DNA from: Eubacteriales bacterium
Lineage (GTDB): Bacteria > Bacillota > Clostridia > Oscillospirales > CAG-272
Length of the DNA stretch: 64,000 bases
Assembly (NCBI GenBank): GCA_045605265.1
Contig: JAZUPQ010000053.1
Location: forward strand, 7,716 to 71,715
Reading direction: 5' to 3'
The position numbers and the translations under genes were made by a program. The first letter of the stretch is position 1; each line of letters starts with the position of its first letter. Below the pieces are notes generated by a model, which was not told where the DNA came from, made no database searches, and saw only the letters and a list, made by a program, of their open reading frames with translations. This document shows, piece after piece, positions 47,661-56,939 of this stretch.

Positions 47661-48656
47661 TTAGTTTACAAATCCTATCTTTCTTCTAACTTTTGAAAGG
47701 GTTTTTCTGGCATAATATGCCGCCTCGTCAGCGCCCGCCTTCATAATTGATTCAAGGTGCGCCTTGTCTTTTATGAGCCTGTTGAATTCGTCTCTGACAG
47801 AGGCAAGACCGTCTGCGCAAACCTCGCCGACCGCGAGTTTGAAATCACCGTATCCGCGCCCGTCAAATTCTTTTTCGATTTCCTCGTAGCTCTTGTTGGA
47901 AAACGCCTTGTAAATAGTCATCAGATTTGAAATTCCGGGTTTATCCTCGGAATATTTTACTACGCTGTCCGAGTCTGTAACCGCTCTTTTAAATTTACGC
48001 ATAATATCGTCCTTGGAATCAAGAATATAAACGACGGCGTTTTGGTTTTCGTCCGATTTTGACATTTTGAATTGAGGCTCTGCAAGAGACATAATTTTCA
48101 TCGTGTCCGCGGACATATAGCCTTCGGGAACCGTGAAAGTATCACCGTAAATTTGGTTAAAACGGATCGCTATATCTCTAGATAACTCTAAGTGCTGCTT
48201 TTGGTCTATTCCTACGGGAACGATATCGGTTTGATAGAGCAGGATATCTGCCGCCATAAGAGACGGATAGGTGAATAATCCCGCGTTTATGTTTGCAGAA
48301 TTTTTTGCGCTCTTGTCCTTGAATTGTGTCATTCTGGAAAGCTCGCCAAACATAGTATAGCAGTCCAAAATCCAACCCAGCTCGGCGTGAGCGGGAACGT
48401 GAGACTGAACGAAAAGAGTATTTTTCTTCTCGTCAAGACCGCAAGCCATATAGAGAGCCAAGGTCTCGTAGGTGCGCCTTCTGAGCTCGGCGGGAACCTG
48501 CCTAACAGTTATTGCGTGAAGGTCAACGACACAGTAAAACGTTTTATATTCCTCGGAAAATTTTGAAAAATTTTTAATAGCGCCAAGATAATTTCCGATG
48601 GTCAGATTTCCGGAAGGTTGAACGCCCGAAAACACTATTTTCCTCTCTTTTTCCAT
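47661..48656 (-). CDS. trpS: tryptophan--tRNA ligase
   Basis: Class I motifs 'SGVQPSGNLTIGNYLG' and 'KMSKSDEN' are present. The ATG at 48656 has a GGAGG RBS; the track start at 48722 adds 22 non-homologous residues. Confidence 0.95.
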   Translation of the reverse strand: MEKERKIVFSGVQPSGNLTIGNYLGAIKNFSKFSEEYKTFYCVVDLHAITVRQVPAELRRRTYETLALYMACGLDEKKNTLFVQSHVPAHAELGWILDCYTMFGELSRMTQFKDKSAKNSANINAGLFTYPSLMAADILLYQTDIVPVGIDQKQHLELSRDIAIRFNQIYGDTFTVPEGYMSADTMKIMSLAEPQFKMSKSDENQNAVVYILDSKDDIMRKFKRAVTDSDSVVKYSEDKPGISNLMTIYKAFSNKSYEEIEKEFDGRGYGDFKLAVGEVCADGLASVRDEFNRLIKDKAHLESIMKAGADEAAYYARKTLSKVRRKIGFVN

Positions 48657-48862
48657 AATATCCTCCATAAAAGTCCTATGTTTTATACAATTATACAACA
48701 ACAGCCGAAGTATGTCAAGCATAAAAAAATCCTAAATATATAAAAAATTTTATTTTGTTAACAACTTATTTATATTTTTGTGCTATAATACTTAACTAGA
48801 TGTGTTTAAAATATTTTTTATACTTCAGGAAGGAACGAAAAAACAAAATTTCGAACAAAAAA

Positions 48863-49840
48863 ATGGTAAAAGCTCAAAATCTTGTAAAAAGATACGGAAA
48901 TAATTATGCTCTCAACGACGTCAGCTTTGAAATCGGCGACGGCGAGATAGTAGGACTTCTCGGTCCTAACGGAGCGGGAAAAAGTACCGCTATGAATATT
49001 CTTACGGGATATCTCTCTGCTACCTCGGGCAGTGCTGAAATCGACGGAGTGAATATGCTGGAAAATCCGATAGAAGCAAAGCGTAACATAGGATTTTTAC
49101 CCGAACAGCCACCGCTTTACCCCGAAATGACGGTAATCGAATATCTCAATTTCGTTTACGAGCTCAAAGGAGTGAGTGAGGACAGGGAAACTCACCTGAA
49201 CAACGTTTTGGAGTCTGTAAGACTTCTTGACGTCAAGGGCAGACTTATCAAAAACCTGTCAAAAGGCTATAAGCAGAGAGTAGGAATCGCGCAGGCGCTT
49301 GTCGGAAATCCTAAGGTTATTATTTTTGACGAGCCTACGGTAGGCCTTGACCCAAAGCAAATCATAGAAGTGAGAAATCTGATACGCTCTCTTGCAAAGG
49401 ATCATACAGTAATTCTCTCAACACATATTTTGGCAGAGGTACAAGCAGTATGCGAGAGGGTTATTATCATAAACAAGGGCAAAATAATAGCAGACGAAAA
49501 GACTGAAGATTTGACAAAAACAATTGAGGACGGCTACCATTACAAAATCAAGGTGTGCGGACCGCAAAAGGAAGTAATCGACGGACTTGAAGCTGTCAGA
49601 GGCGTCAAGAGCGTCACCGCCACAAACGAGAGAGATGCAGATTCCTACGCTTATCTCGTTGAGAGTGAGAGAGGTGTAGACGCCAGAAAACCTATATTCA
49701 ATCTCTGCGCTGAAAAGAAATGGGCGATACTTGGAATGATGCCCGTTGGCACAGACCTTGAATCAATATTTATCAGACTTGTTGACGGCTCGGAAAACGT
49801 TAACGCCTCAACACAGAAAAATCGCAGAAAAGCGCATTGA
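48863..49840 (+). CDS. ABC transporter ATP-binding protein (ABC-2/GldA-like)
   Basis: Walker A 'GPNGAGKST', signature 'LSKGYKQR' and Walker B 'IIFDEPTVGLD' are present. The start at 'MVKAQNLVKRYG' is typical for this family; the track start at 48800 adds a K-rich extension. Confidence 0.9.
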   Translation: MVKAQNLVKRYGNNYALNDVSFEIGDGEIVGLLGPNGAGKSTAMNILTGYLSATSGSAEIDGVNMLENPIEAKRNIGFLPEQPPLYPEMTVIEYLNFVYELKGVSEDRETHLNNVLESVRLLDVKGRLIKNLSKGYKQRVGIAQALVGNPKVIIFDEPTVGLDPKQIIEVRNLIRSLAKDHTVILSTHILAEVQAVCERVIIINKGKIIADEKTEDLTKTIEDGYHYKIKVCGPQKEVIDGLEAVRGVKSVTATNERDADSYAYLVESERGVDARKPIFNLCAEKKWAILGMMPVGTDLESIFIRLVDGSENVNASTQKNRRKAH

Positions 49841-49854
49841 TAGGGGGATAAAAA

Positions 49855-50562
49855 ATGTTTGCAGTATTTAAAAAGGAATTACGCACGTATTTCACGGGTG
49901 TTATGGGATATGTATTTCTCGTGCTTTATCTTGCCCTGGGCGGCGCGATTTTTGCGTTTACAACACTGTTTTCCATGTCATCTTCCGTAACGGAGTTTTA
50001 TACATATATGCTTTTGGCATCAGGTATAATTCTCCCGCTTCTTACAATGAAATCGTTCAGTGAAGAGAGAAAAATTAAAACCGAGCAGCTTCTTCTTACA
50101 GCGCCCGTATCTATAATTTCTCTCGTGGCAGGCAAGTTCTTGGCTGCTTATTCCATGTTTGCGTCTTGTATGATATTGAATTCGCTTTATTTTCTCGTTT
50201 TGAATATATACGCTCAACTTAAATTCGCGGTGCTTTTTGGAAATTTACTGGCAATTTTGCTTGTTGGTATGGTGTTTATTTCCATAGGTCTTTTTGTATC
50301 CTCGCTTACCGAAAATCAGCTTGCCGCGGCAATCGGCACAATCGGTATTATAATAGTATTTTTGCTTATCGGACTTTTGTCGGCGCTGTTTCCAACGGCG
50401 TACGCTATCCGTTATATTCTTAACTTCATTTCAATCTTCACACGTTTCCAAGGATTCGTTAACGGATACTTTGATTTTGCTTCGGTATTTTACTATCTGA
50501 CAGTGTCATTCATATTCTTGTACTTGACAGTGAGAGTTTTTGACCGTCGCAGATATAATTAA
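49855..50562 (+). CDS. ABC-2 type transporter permease (GldF-like)
   Basis: 235 aa with 6 hydrophobic helices. It begins 14 nt after the ATPase gene. Confidence 0.8.
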   Translation: MFAVFKKELRTYFTGVMGYVFLVLYLALGGAIFAFTTLFSMSSSVTEFYTYMLLASGIILPLLTMKSFSEERKIKTEQLLLTAPVSIISLVAGKFLAAYSMFASCMILNSLYFLVLNIYAQLKFAVLFGNLLAILLVGMVFISIGLFVSSLTENQLAAAIGTIGIIIVFLLIGLLSALFPTAYAIRYILNFISIFTRFQGFVNGYFDFASVFYYLTVSFIFLYLTVRVFDRRRYN

Positions 50563-50573
50563 AGGGGCTAAGA

Positions 50574-52088
50574 ATGGAAAAAAATAAGGAAATACGCAAG
50601 GCGCAAATAGCCCAAAAGGTTTTACCGGAAGGACTTTTTGCCGTGATAATTGCTATTGCGCTGGCGGTAAACGTAATACTTTATATAGTGACGGAAGCAT
50701 TCGGACTTTATCTGTATCAACCAACGGTTGATGACCTTACACTATCCGGAAATACCGACGTTATGTTCAAAGAAGCGTTGGATAACGAAAGTAAGGTTAA
50801 AATCATCTTCTGTCAGGATGAAAAGGATATGTCTGTTCACGATACGGGAAGTTTTGTTTACAGAACTGCGGTTGAATTCGAGAACAAATACCCTGAAATG
50901 ATAGAAATTGAATATGTCAATATTCTGACCAAAAGAAACCAAAATGGCGATATAGTCGACCTTTCGCAATATCGTAAAAATAAAGAAGAAATATTTTATT
51001 CATCGGTTATATTTGAGTGTGAGGGCAGATATAAGGTGCTGACCGACCTGCTTACCTCTGTCGGATATTCCGACTTTTTCACCCTCAACACAAGGGGACA
51101 GGCAACCGCTTACAATGGAGAAGAAATTATAGCGAGTATGATTTCTTGGGTATTGACCAAAGAACATAAAACTGCGTACGTGGTAGGCGGTCACAGCGAA
51201 AAATTAGACGCATCCTTTACAAATCTTCTCGTTTGCTCGGGATATGACGTAAAGCCTCTTGATTTGAAAAGGGAAAACGTTCCCGACGATGCCAATCTCG
51301 TGATTATTTCAAACCCTGCGTCGGATTTTGAAAAGGCGGCAGAAGGCTCAAACCTTTGGAGTGAAATCCTTTGGAGTGAAATCGACAGGCTTGAGGATTT
51401 TGTGAACAAAAGAAACGGCCACCTGATCGTGACACTCGACCCTTATGCAAAGAGACTGCCCGTTCTTGAAGCGTTTTTGAGTACATACGGTATATCCGTT
51501 TCATATACCCAAAGCGAAAAGGACGGATATATACACAATATTGTAAAGGATATGCAAAACGCGATTACAAGCGACGGCTTTACTCTTGTTACGAGCTACG
51601 CCGACGACCCCGTGGCTAATAAAATCGACGACATCGTATCCAAATATTCAACAGGCGACGTAATCATAAAATCCACGGGCGCATTGGATCTTTCCGGCGA
51701 GGCAAAACCGATTTTGCTGACCTCTTCCGCGTCTTCATTGGAAGCGGGCGGAAAAACCGTTGATACGGAGGGAAGATACTGCGTAGGCGCATACAGCAAA
51801 TCCGAAAACAGAGGAACTGTATTCGTGGTTCCGAGCGCGTATATAGCCGCATCGGACTCTCTTATAACCGAGGGATATTCGAACAAAGAAATGCTTTTCG
51901 CTTTAAGCGAAACGCTCTTCGGCGCGAAAAATCTGCCATACGGTTGTAAAATCGTAGGTTACGACACTCAAACTCTTGAAAATTTGACTATGGGCGCCGC
52001 TACCGTTTACACAGTTTTATTTATGAGTATTCCTTTTGCAATCGCAGTGGTCGGAACGGTCATAATTATACGCAGAAAAAATAGGTAA
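50574..52088 (+). CDS. GldG-like ABC-transporter auxiliary protein, paralog 1
   Basis: 504 aa with TM helices at both the N- and C-termini. The layout matches GldG/ABC_transp_aux: 'DDLTLSGNT..VKIIFC', 'AYVVGGHSEKLD' and 'DDANLVIISNPASDF..GHLIVTLDP'. Confidence 0.7.
   Translation: MEKNKEIRKAQIAQKVLPEGLFAVIIAIALAVNVILYIVTEAFGLYLYQPTVDDLTLSGNTDVMFKEALDNESKVKIIFCQDEKDMSVHDTGSFVYRTAVEFENKYPEMIEIEYVNILTKRNQNGDIVDLSQYRKNKEEIFYSSVIFECEGRYKVLTDLLTSVGYSDFFTLNTRGQATAYNGEEIIASMISWVLTKEHKTAYVVGGHSEKLDASFTNLLVCSGYDVKPLDLKRENVPDDANLVIISNPASDFEKAAEGSNLWSEILWSEIDRLEDFVNKRNGHLIVTLDPYAKRLPVLEAFLSTYGISVSYTQSEKDGYIHNIVKDMQNAITSDGFTLVTSYADDPVANKIDDIVSKYSTGDVIIKSTGALDLSGEAKPILLTSSASSLEAGGKTVDTEGRYCVGAYSKSENRGTVFVVPSAYIAASDSLITEGYSNKEMLFALSETLFGAKNLPYGCKIVGYDTQTLENLTMGAATVYTVLFMSIPFAIAVVGTVIIIRRKNR
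51353..51382 (+). repeat. perfect 2 x 15-bp in-frame tandem duplication inside the GldG-like gene
   Basis: CCTTTGGAGTGAAAT repeated twice gives the protein sequence 'LWSEI LWSEI'. Confidence 0.9.
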
Positions 52089-52106
52089 GGAGAGAGACGG
52101 GACTAA

Positions 52107-53840
52107 ATGAAAAATATTTTTAGTAAGACGAACAAAAAAAGAAATAAAATAATGTCCGCTTTGACCGTTGCGCTTATCGTTTTGACGGTAGTCTTAAATC
52201 TGCTTTTTACTTATTATGGACAGAAGCACACGATATTCGCAGATGAAACCCCGGAGGGACTTTATACTCCTACGGATAAATTTATAGAGGAATGTAAATT
52301 TCTTAATGATGTCAAGGATGAAAACGGAGAAAAGGCCACTGTTAAGATCATTTTCTGTAACGACCGCGACTACATCGAAGAGAATATGGTTAGCAGAGTG
52401 ACGTATTTTGTTGCCAAGAGATTGGCCTCGGTTTATGACAATCTTGAAATCGAAAACGTAAATGTAATTCTTAATCCTACGGCGGTCGCAAAGTACAAAA
52501 CGACCTCACTTTCCGAAATACTTCCAAGCGATATTATCGTTGCTTACGGAGACAGATACAGGATAATGGGCGCAAGTAAGATGTGGGTTACGGGCAGTGA
52601 CAAAACACTGTTTTCATATAATGGCGAATACAGGCTTTTGGGACTTCTCAAATCCGTAACCGCGTTGGGTATGCCAAACGCGTACTTCGTTATCAACAAC
52701 GGTGAGACTCACTACGACCCCGACCGCAAGGAGACGGGTTATATAGACGCTGACGGCAATTTCGTTAAGGTTACGGATGAGAAATATCTCCTTGACGGAT
52801 TTGCAAATCTTCTCGCTGCTCGCGGATTGACGATTAAGCTGCTTGATTTGAGCAAGGCAGACAGAATTCCGGATGATTGCGCGCTTTTGATTATAAATAA
52901 TCCAAAGAGAGATTTCACTTACGACGAGGACAGGCTTGACGAATTTTACTATGTAAGCGACACGGAAAAATTAGACCGCTACCTTGTTGAAAAACAAGGT
53001 GCGATTATGGTAAATAAGGACTATAAAACCACCTTACCCGTATTTGAGGATTTTCTTCACGAATGGGGATTTGATTTCTCAAACGCTATCGTAAAAGATG
53101 AGGTAGACAGCATCAAGGATGAGCAAAATACCAACACCCAGCTGATATCTAAATACAATAGCGACGAAACGAGCTACGGATACGCAATATACGGTGATTT
53201 TGCCGCCTTGGGCAGCGCTCCGATAACGGTGTTTACCAATGCGGGAGCGATAAAATGCGCCTTTCCTACGTCTGCCTCCCAGCAGGAGCAGGGTACGCCA
53301 AACGCTTCAAAAAACTTTGTTTCGTTCCTGACGTCTTCCGCAAATGCTCAGCTTTACAGCAAAAACGATTTGAGCAACGATTATACTGCGCCTATGGATG
53401 ACACGGGCTCTTATAATCTCGCAGCCCTCTCGATAAGAAACGAGATTGACACGGAAAAGGACGAGAAAACCTACTCTTATTTCTTCTGCACGGCAAGCGA
53501 CGAGTTTTTCTCGAATTTGCTATTGAACAACCCTGTGTATGCAAATTATGACGTTCTTTCCTCGCTTATAGATAACATTTCAAGAATTGATATGTTTGGC
53601 TCGATGGAAATCGGCGGAACATCGTTTAACTCCTCCTCTTTCGGCGGAAAGCAGCTGGTATCTTCCGCGATGAATGAAGTGGATAAGAATATCTTTTCAC
53701 CCGACGGTAAAGAAATTGTCAGAGTAACCAAGGGAATAAATACCGCGGATAAGGTTATTCTTACGGTAATCATATTCGCCGTACCGACGGCAATCGCAGT
53801 CTTAGGCGTGGTTGTAAGAATAAAGAGAAAATTCTTGTAA
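52107..53840 (+). CDS. GldG-like ABC-transporter auxiliary protein, paralog 2
   Basis: 577 aa with TM helices at both termini. It has the same motif order as paralog 1: 'ATVKIIFCND', 'AYFVINNGETHYD' and 'DDCALLIINNPKRDF..GAIMVNKD'. Confidence 0.65.
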   Translation: MKNIFSKTNKKRNKIMSALTVALIVLTVVLNLLFTYYGQKHTIFADETPEGLYTPTDKFIEECKFLNDVKDENGEKATVKIIFCNDRDYIEENMVSRVTYFVAKRLASVYDNLEIENVNVILNPTAVAKYKTTSLSEILPSDIIVAYGDRYRIMGASKMWVTGSDKTLFSYNGEYRLLGLLKSVTALGMPNAYFVINNGETHYDPDRKETGYIDADGNFVKVTDEKYLLDGFANLLAARGLTIKLLDLSKADRIPDDCALLIINNPKRDFTYDEDRLDEFYYVSDTEKLDRYLVEKQGAIMVNKDYKTTLPVFEDFLHEWGFDFSNAIVKDEVDSIKDEQNTNTQLISKYNSDETSYGYAIYGDFAALGSAPITVFTNAGAIKCAFPTSASQQEQGTPNASKNFVSFLTSSANAQLYSKNDLSNDYTAPMDDTGSYNLAALSIRNEIDTEKDEKTYSYFFCTASDEFFSNLLLNNPVYANYDVLSSLIDNISRIDMFGSMEIGGTSFNSSSFGGKQLVSSAMNEVDKNIFSPDGKEIVRVTKGINTADKVILTVIIFAVPTAIAVLGVVVRIKRKFL

Positions 53841-53850
53841 GGAGACGCGA

Positions 53851-56772
53851 ATGAAATATATAAAGAAAAAGGTTAATCAATTTCACCTTGCAATAATTTT
53901 GAGCTGTATCTTTGCTCTTTTGGTCGGAACCGGTGTCGTTTTGGGTCTTACTTTGTTTAAAGATGAACCCAATACTCCCGCACAGAAGCCTGAGGTTTTA
54001 GAAGGAGAGAGCGTTCACTACAATTCAACCGTTGCATATCCGGTAATCGAAGAAACGGATATGCAGAGCATAACTGTTGAGAACACGGTTAAGGGCGAGG
54101 GAAACAACCCCGACCAAAAAAATTATTTTAAATTTGAACGTCCAAAACCCGGCGAAGCTATGTCTATTTATTATTCGTTAAATCACGGCGATGCCGATGA
54201 AAAAATTGAGTATATAGAATATCTTCCGGAAATATTTGATAAAGAAAATATTGATTATTCAAGCCTTTACGCCATAGAGTTAAATGACGGATATAAAGGA
54301 ATTTATAAATTGTCTTATTTGAGCAACGCCCTCGAAGTTGCATATTTTAGAGAGAGAATAGTGCTCTCAAATGACGCGGAAAAGAGAGAAAAGGAGCTTC
54401 ATGCCTACGGACTTGCAGAGGGTGAATATGCAAAAGTAACATTCGAGTATCTTGAATACAAAGATGAGAACGACAAGGTCGGAACTCTGAAAACTCACAC
54501 CATAAAAATCGGTGAGCAAAACATAAGCGGCAACGGCTACTACTTTATGGTAGACGACAGGAACTACGTATATACTTCAACGAGCAACCACTACGATTAC
54601 GCTCTTGCGGGCTTTGAGAGCTTTGTTAAATCAAACCTCGTCATCGAAGGGCTTGAAATCGATAACGGCTACGGTCCGTTCCTCACCACCAACTTCACAC
54701 AATGGGTGAACCAAATGCACGAAAATATCGGTGACAAGGTGGTTGACGGATCGAAGGTTATCGTATATAGCGACGTTATCACTCCTATAAATCTTCCGGA
54801 TGAAAGCTACGGTGCAACGGGCGTGATAGGAGACGGATATCTTCCGTCCGAATACAGTCAAATTGAGTTGGACCTTTCCGAAATGACGGGAGACTCCTAC
54901 GAAAGGCTTCACCGTATGCTCGTTGGCAAGAAAATAGGCTCTTACGAGCAAGCGCCGTTACTTATTACACTACCAACGAGAACAGGCGTGTTCAATATAG
55001 TTGAGTTTGACAAAAACGGCAAAGCGGACTACGTTTATGAGATTTGCAAAATCGAGTCAATTTTGACAAATGACGGCGAATTATGCGACACGGGTAGGGT
55101 AGTAGGTGAAAATAACCTTATAAAAGTGACCTATAACCTCAAAATCAACGGTAAAAAGATTGGCAGCAAATATCACGGCGTAATAGATATCAGCGAGGAT
55201 TTTGTAAATAGCGCTGAAAGCCAAATCAGAGCGAGCGCCATCGGCGAGCTGACGACTCCTATTTCCATTGAAGTTAATTACAGTAAAAACAACTCGGTAA
55301 ATATCCAAGGTAAAAAGGTTATGACCGAGATTGTATCCATTCTCTCTCCCGACGGCAAGGATCCGTTGAGAAGAGTTACCAAAAACTGTGTTGTGGCGTA
55401 TAAGTACAAAGTAATTGTAGACGGCGTCGTAACAGAAGAAAATAAGGTAGGCAATATTGACTTTTCAAAGGTTGACTTTACCGATGACAGCAAGAATCTT
55501 TCCGAAAAAGCCCTGTTTGCTATGATTGAAGGAAAAACAAGAGGAAAATTTAAAGACGATAAAATGGTTTTCGAAACCCAAACTTATTATTTCCAATTCG
55601 TCTACGAATTTCTTGCTTACAGCATCAAAAGTATAGACTACTTTGTTACCAAAGAAATGGTTGTTTCATTCCGTTTCCAAAACTATTCCGAGAGGGATCC
55701 GTATTACGGCGGTTCTTTGTACGAAAATTTGATTGATGACGAGAGAAAGCTATACGGACTCAACGCCTCCGCTTGCGAAAATATAGTTCAAATGCTCGGC
55801 GGAGTATCGGGAGATTCGGAGTCAAATACTGCCAACGGACTCGCCGGCACAGAGACGGTCGCCGTGGGAATAACTCCGGAAATTATGTATGATAAGGGCC
55901 TTTACGCACATACAATTTACTTTGAATTGCCCAGACTTATAACTATCAAAGACGGCTCTACGGATGAAAATCAGGTTGATGACTACGATTATTACGGCAA
56001 AATCGGTTTCAATCTTTATATAAGTCCCGAACAACCCGATAATACGAGATTTATAGCCTCCGACCTTTATGACGTGGTTGCAAAGATTGACGGAGAAAAC
56101 TTCAAGTTTTTGGACTACGAATTCACGGATTTCTGGGCTCGCCGCGATATGTTTATGATGAATATCAAGGTGATTGACGAGGTTGATGTAAAACTGGATA
56201 TGTCCGATGTTTACGGGCTTTATAGTTTTGAAATCAGACACAATGTCGAAAACAATTTTGACAAAGTGGAAGTCAAGGTCACCCCCGATCCGAGCGTTGA
56301 ATGCAGTGACAGCGAGCTTTTGGATTATATGAATGGCAAGAATGCAACTCAGGTAGATTTGGGTAATTTCTACAACTCAATTTATGAGGGAGATCCTATC
56401 GCGGACGACTTTAAGCCTGACACAATCGGCGCAGGTCTCTTCAAAGAGTGGATCAGAATGATATACTATACCGGTTATACAGGCGCTCTTAGCGAATCGG
56501 AGAAGCAAGAACTTGAAGTAAGCACCTCAAAGGCTCTCCTCACACTCTCTTTTAAGGCTAGCTCAAACGCAAACAAATACGTCTATGAGTTTTACAGAAT
56601 AAGCGACCGTAAGATAGCTGTAAAGCTATATCAGTTAAGTCCAAGCAACGTGAAAACGGACACGGTATCGGACTTTTATATTTCAACGTTTGCCTTCCAA
56701 AAGATTGTAAGAAATTTCCTCGGAATTTTAAACGGAGAAATCATTAACACCGACACGGGATACGAAGATTAA
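53851..56772 (+). CDS. large membrane-anchored extracytoplasmic protein in the slot after GldG (DUF4340-like position)
   Basis: 973 aa with a single N-terminal TM helix, 'HLAIILSCIFALLVGTGVVLGLTLF'. The rest is hydrophilic and rich in Tyr, Asp, Glu and Asn. It begins 10 nt after the preceding gene and has a GGAG RBS. The family assignment is by position only. Confidence 0.5.
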   Translation: MKYIKKKVNQFHLAIILSCIFALLVGTGVVLGLTLFKDEPNTPAQKPEVLEGESVHYNSTVAYPVIEETDMQSITVENTVKGEGNNPDQKNYFKFERPKPGEAMSIYYSLNHGDADEKIEYIEYLPEIFDKENIDYSSLYAIELNDGYKGIYKLSYLSNALEVAYFRERIVLSNDAEKREKELHAYGLAEGEYAKVTFEYLEYKDENDKVGTLKTHTIKIGEQNISGNGYYFMVDDRNYVYTSTSNHYDYALAGFESFVKSNLVIEGLEIDNGYGPFLTTNFTQWVNQMHENIGDKVVDGSKVIVYSDVITPINLPDESYGATGVIGDGYLPSEYSQIELDLSEMTGDSYERLHRMLVGKKIGSYEQAPLLITLPTRTGVFNIVEFDKNGKADYVYEICKIESILTNDGELCDTGRVVGENNLIKVTYNLKINGKKIGSKYHGVIDISEDFVNSAESQIRASAIGELTTPISIEVNYSKNNSVNIQGKKVMTEIVSILSPDGKDPLRRVTKNCVVAYKYKVIVDGVVTEENKVGNIDFSKVDFTDDSKNLSEKALFAMIEGKTRGKFKDDKMVFETQTYYFQFVYEFLAYSIKSIDYFVTKEMVVSFRFQNYSERDPYYGGSLYENLIDDERKLYGLNASACENIVQMLGGVSGDSESNTANGLAGTETVAVGITPEIMYDKGLYAHTIYFELPRLITIKDGSTDENQVDDYDYYGKIGFNLYISPEQPDNTRFIASDLYDVVAKIDGENFKFLDYEFTDFWARRDMFMMNIKVIDEVDVKLDMSDVYGLYSFEIRHNVENNFDKVEVKVTPDPSVECSDSELLDYMNGKNATQVDLGNFYNSIYEGDPIADDFKPDTIGAGLFKEWIRMIYYTGYTGALSESEKQELEVSTSKALLTLSFKASSNANKYVYEFYRISDRKIAVKLYQLSPSNVKTDTVSDFYISTFAFQKIVRNFLGILNGEIINTDTGYED

Positions 56773-56834
56773 ACTTGATTTTTTTGTATTTTAGCAGAGA
56801 AAAATATATTTTTTGAAAAAAATGGAAAAAACAT

Positions 56835-56863
56835 TTGCATTTTACAAAATAATATGTTATAAT
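56835..56863 (+). promoter_or_regulatory. sigma-A promoter of the 664-aa lipoprotein gene
   Basis: TTGCAT (56835-56840), a 17-bp spacer, then TGtTATAAT (-10 at 56858-56863). Confidence 0.65.
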
Positions 56864-56939
56864 AGTTTCTGCTTATTATAAGCGCCCGTGAAAATGGGTT
56901 AAACAGTTATTAAAAAAATAGATATATGAGGAAGAAAAA

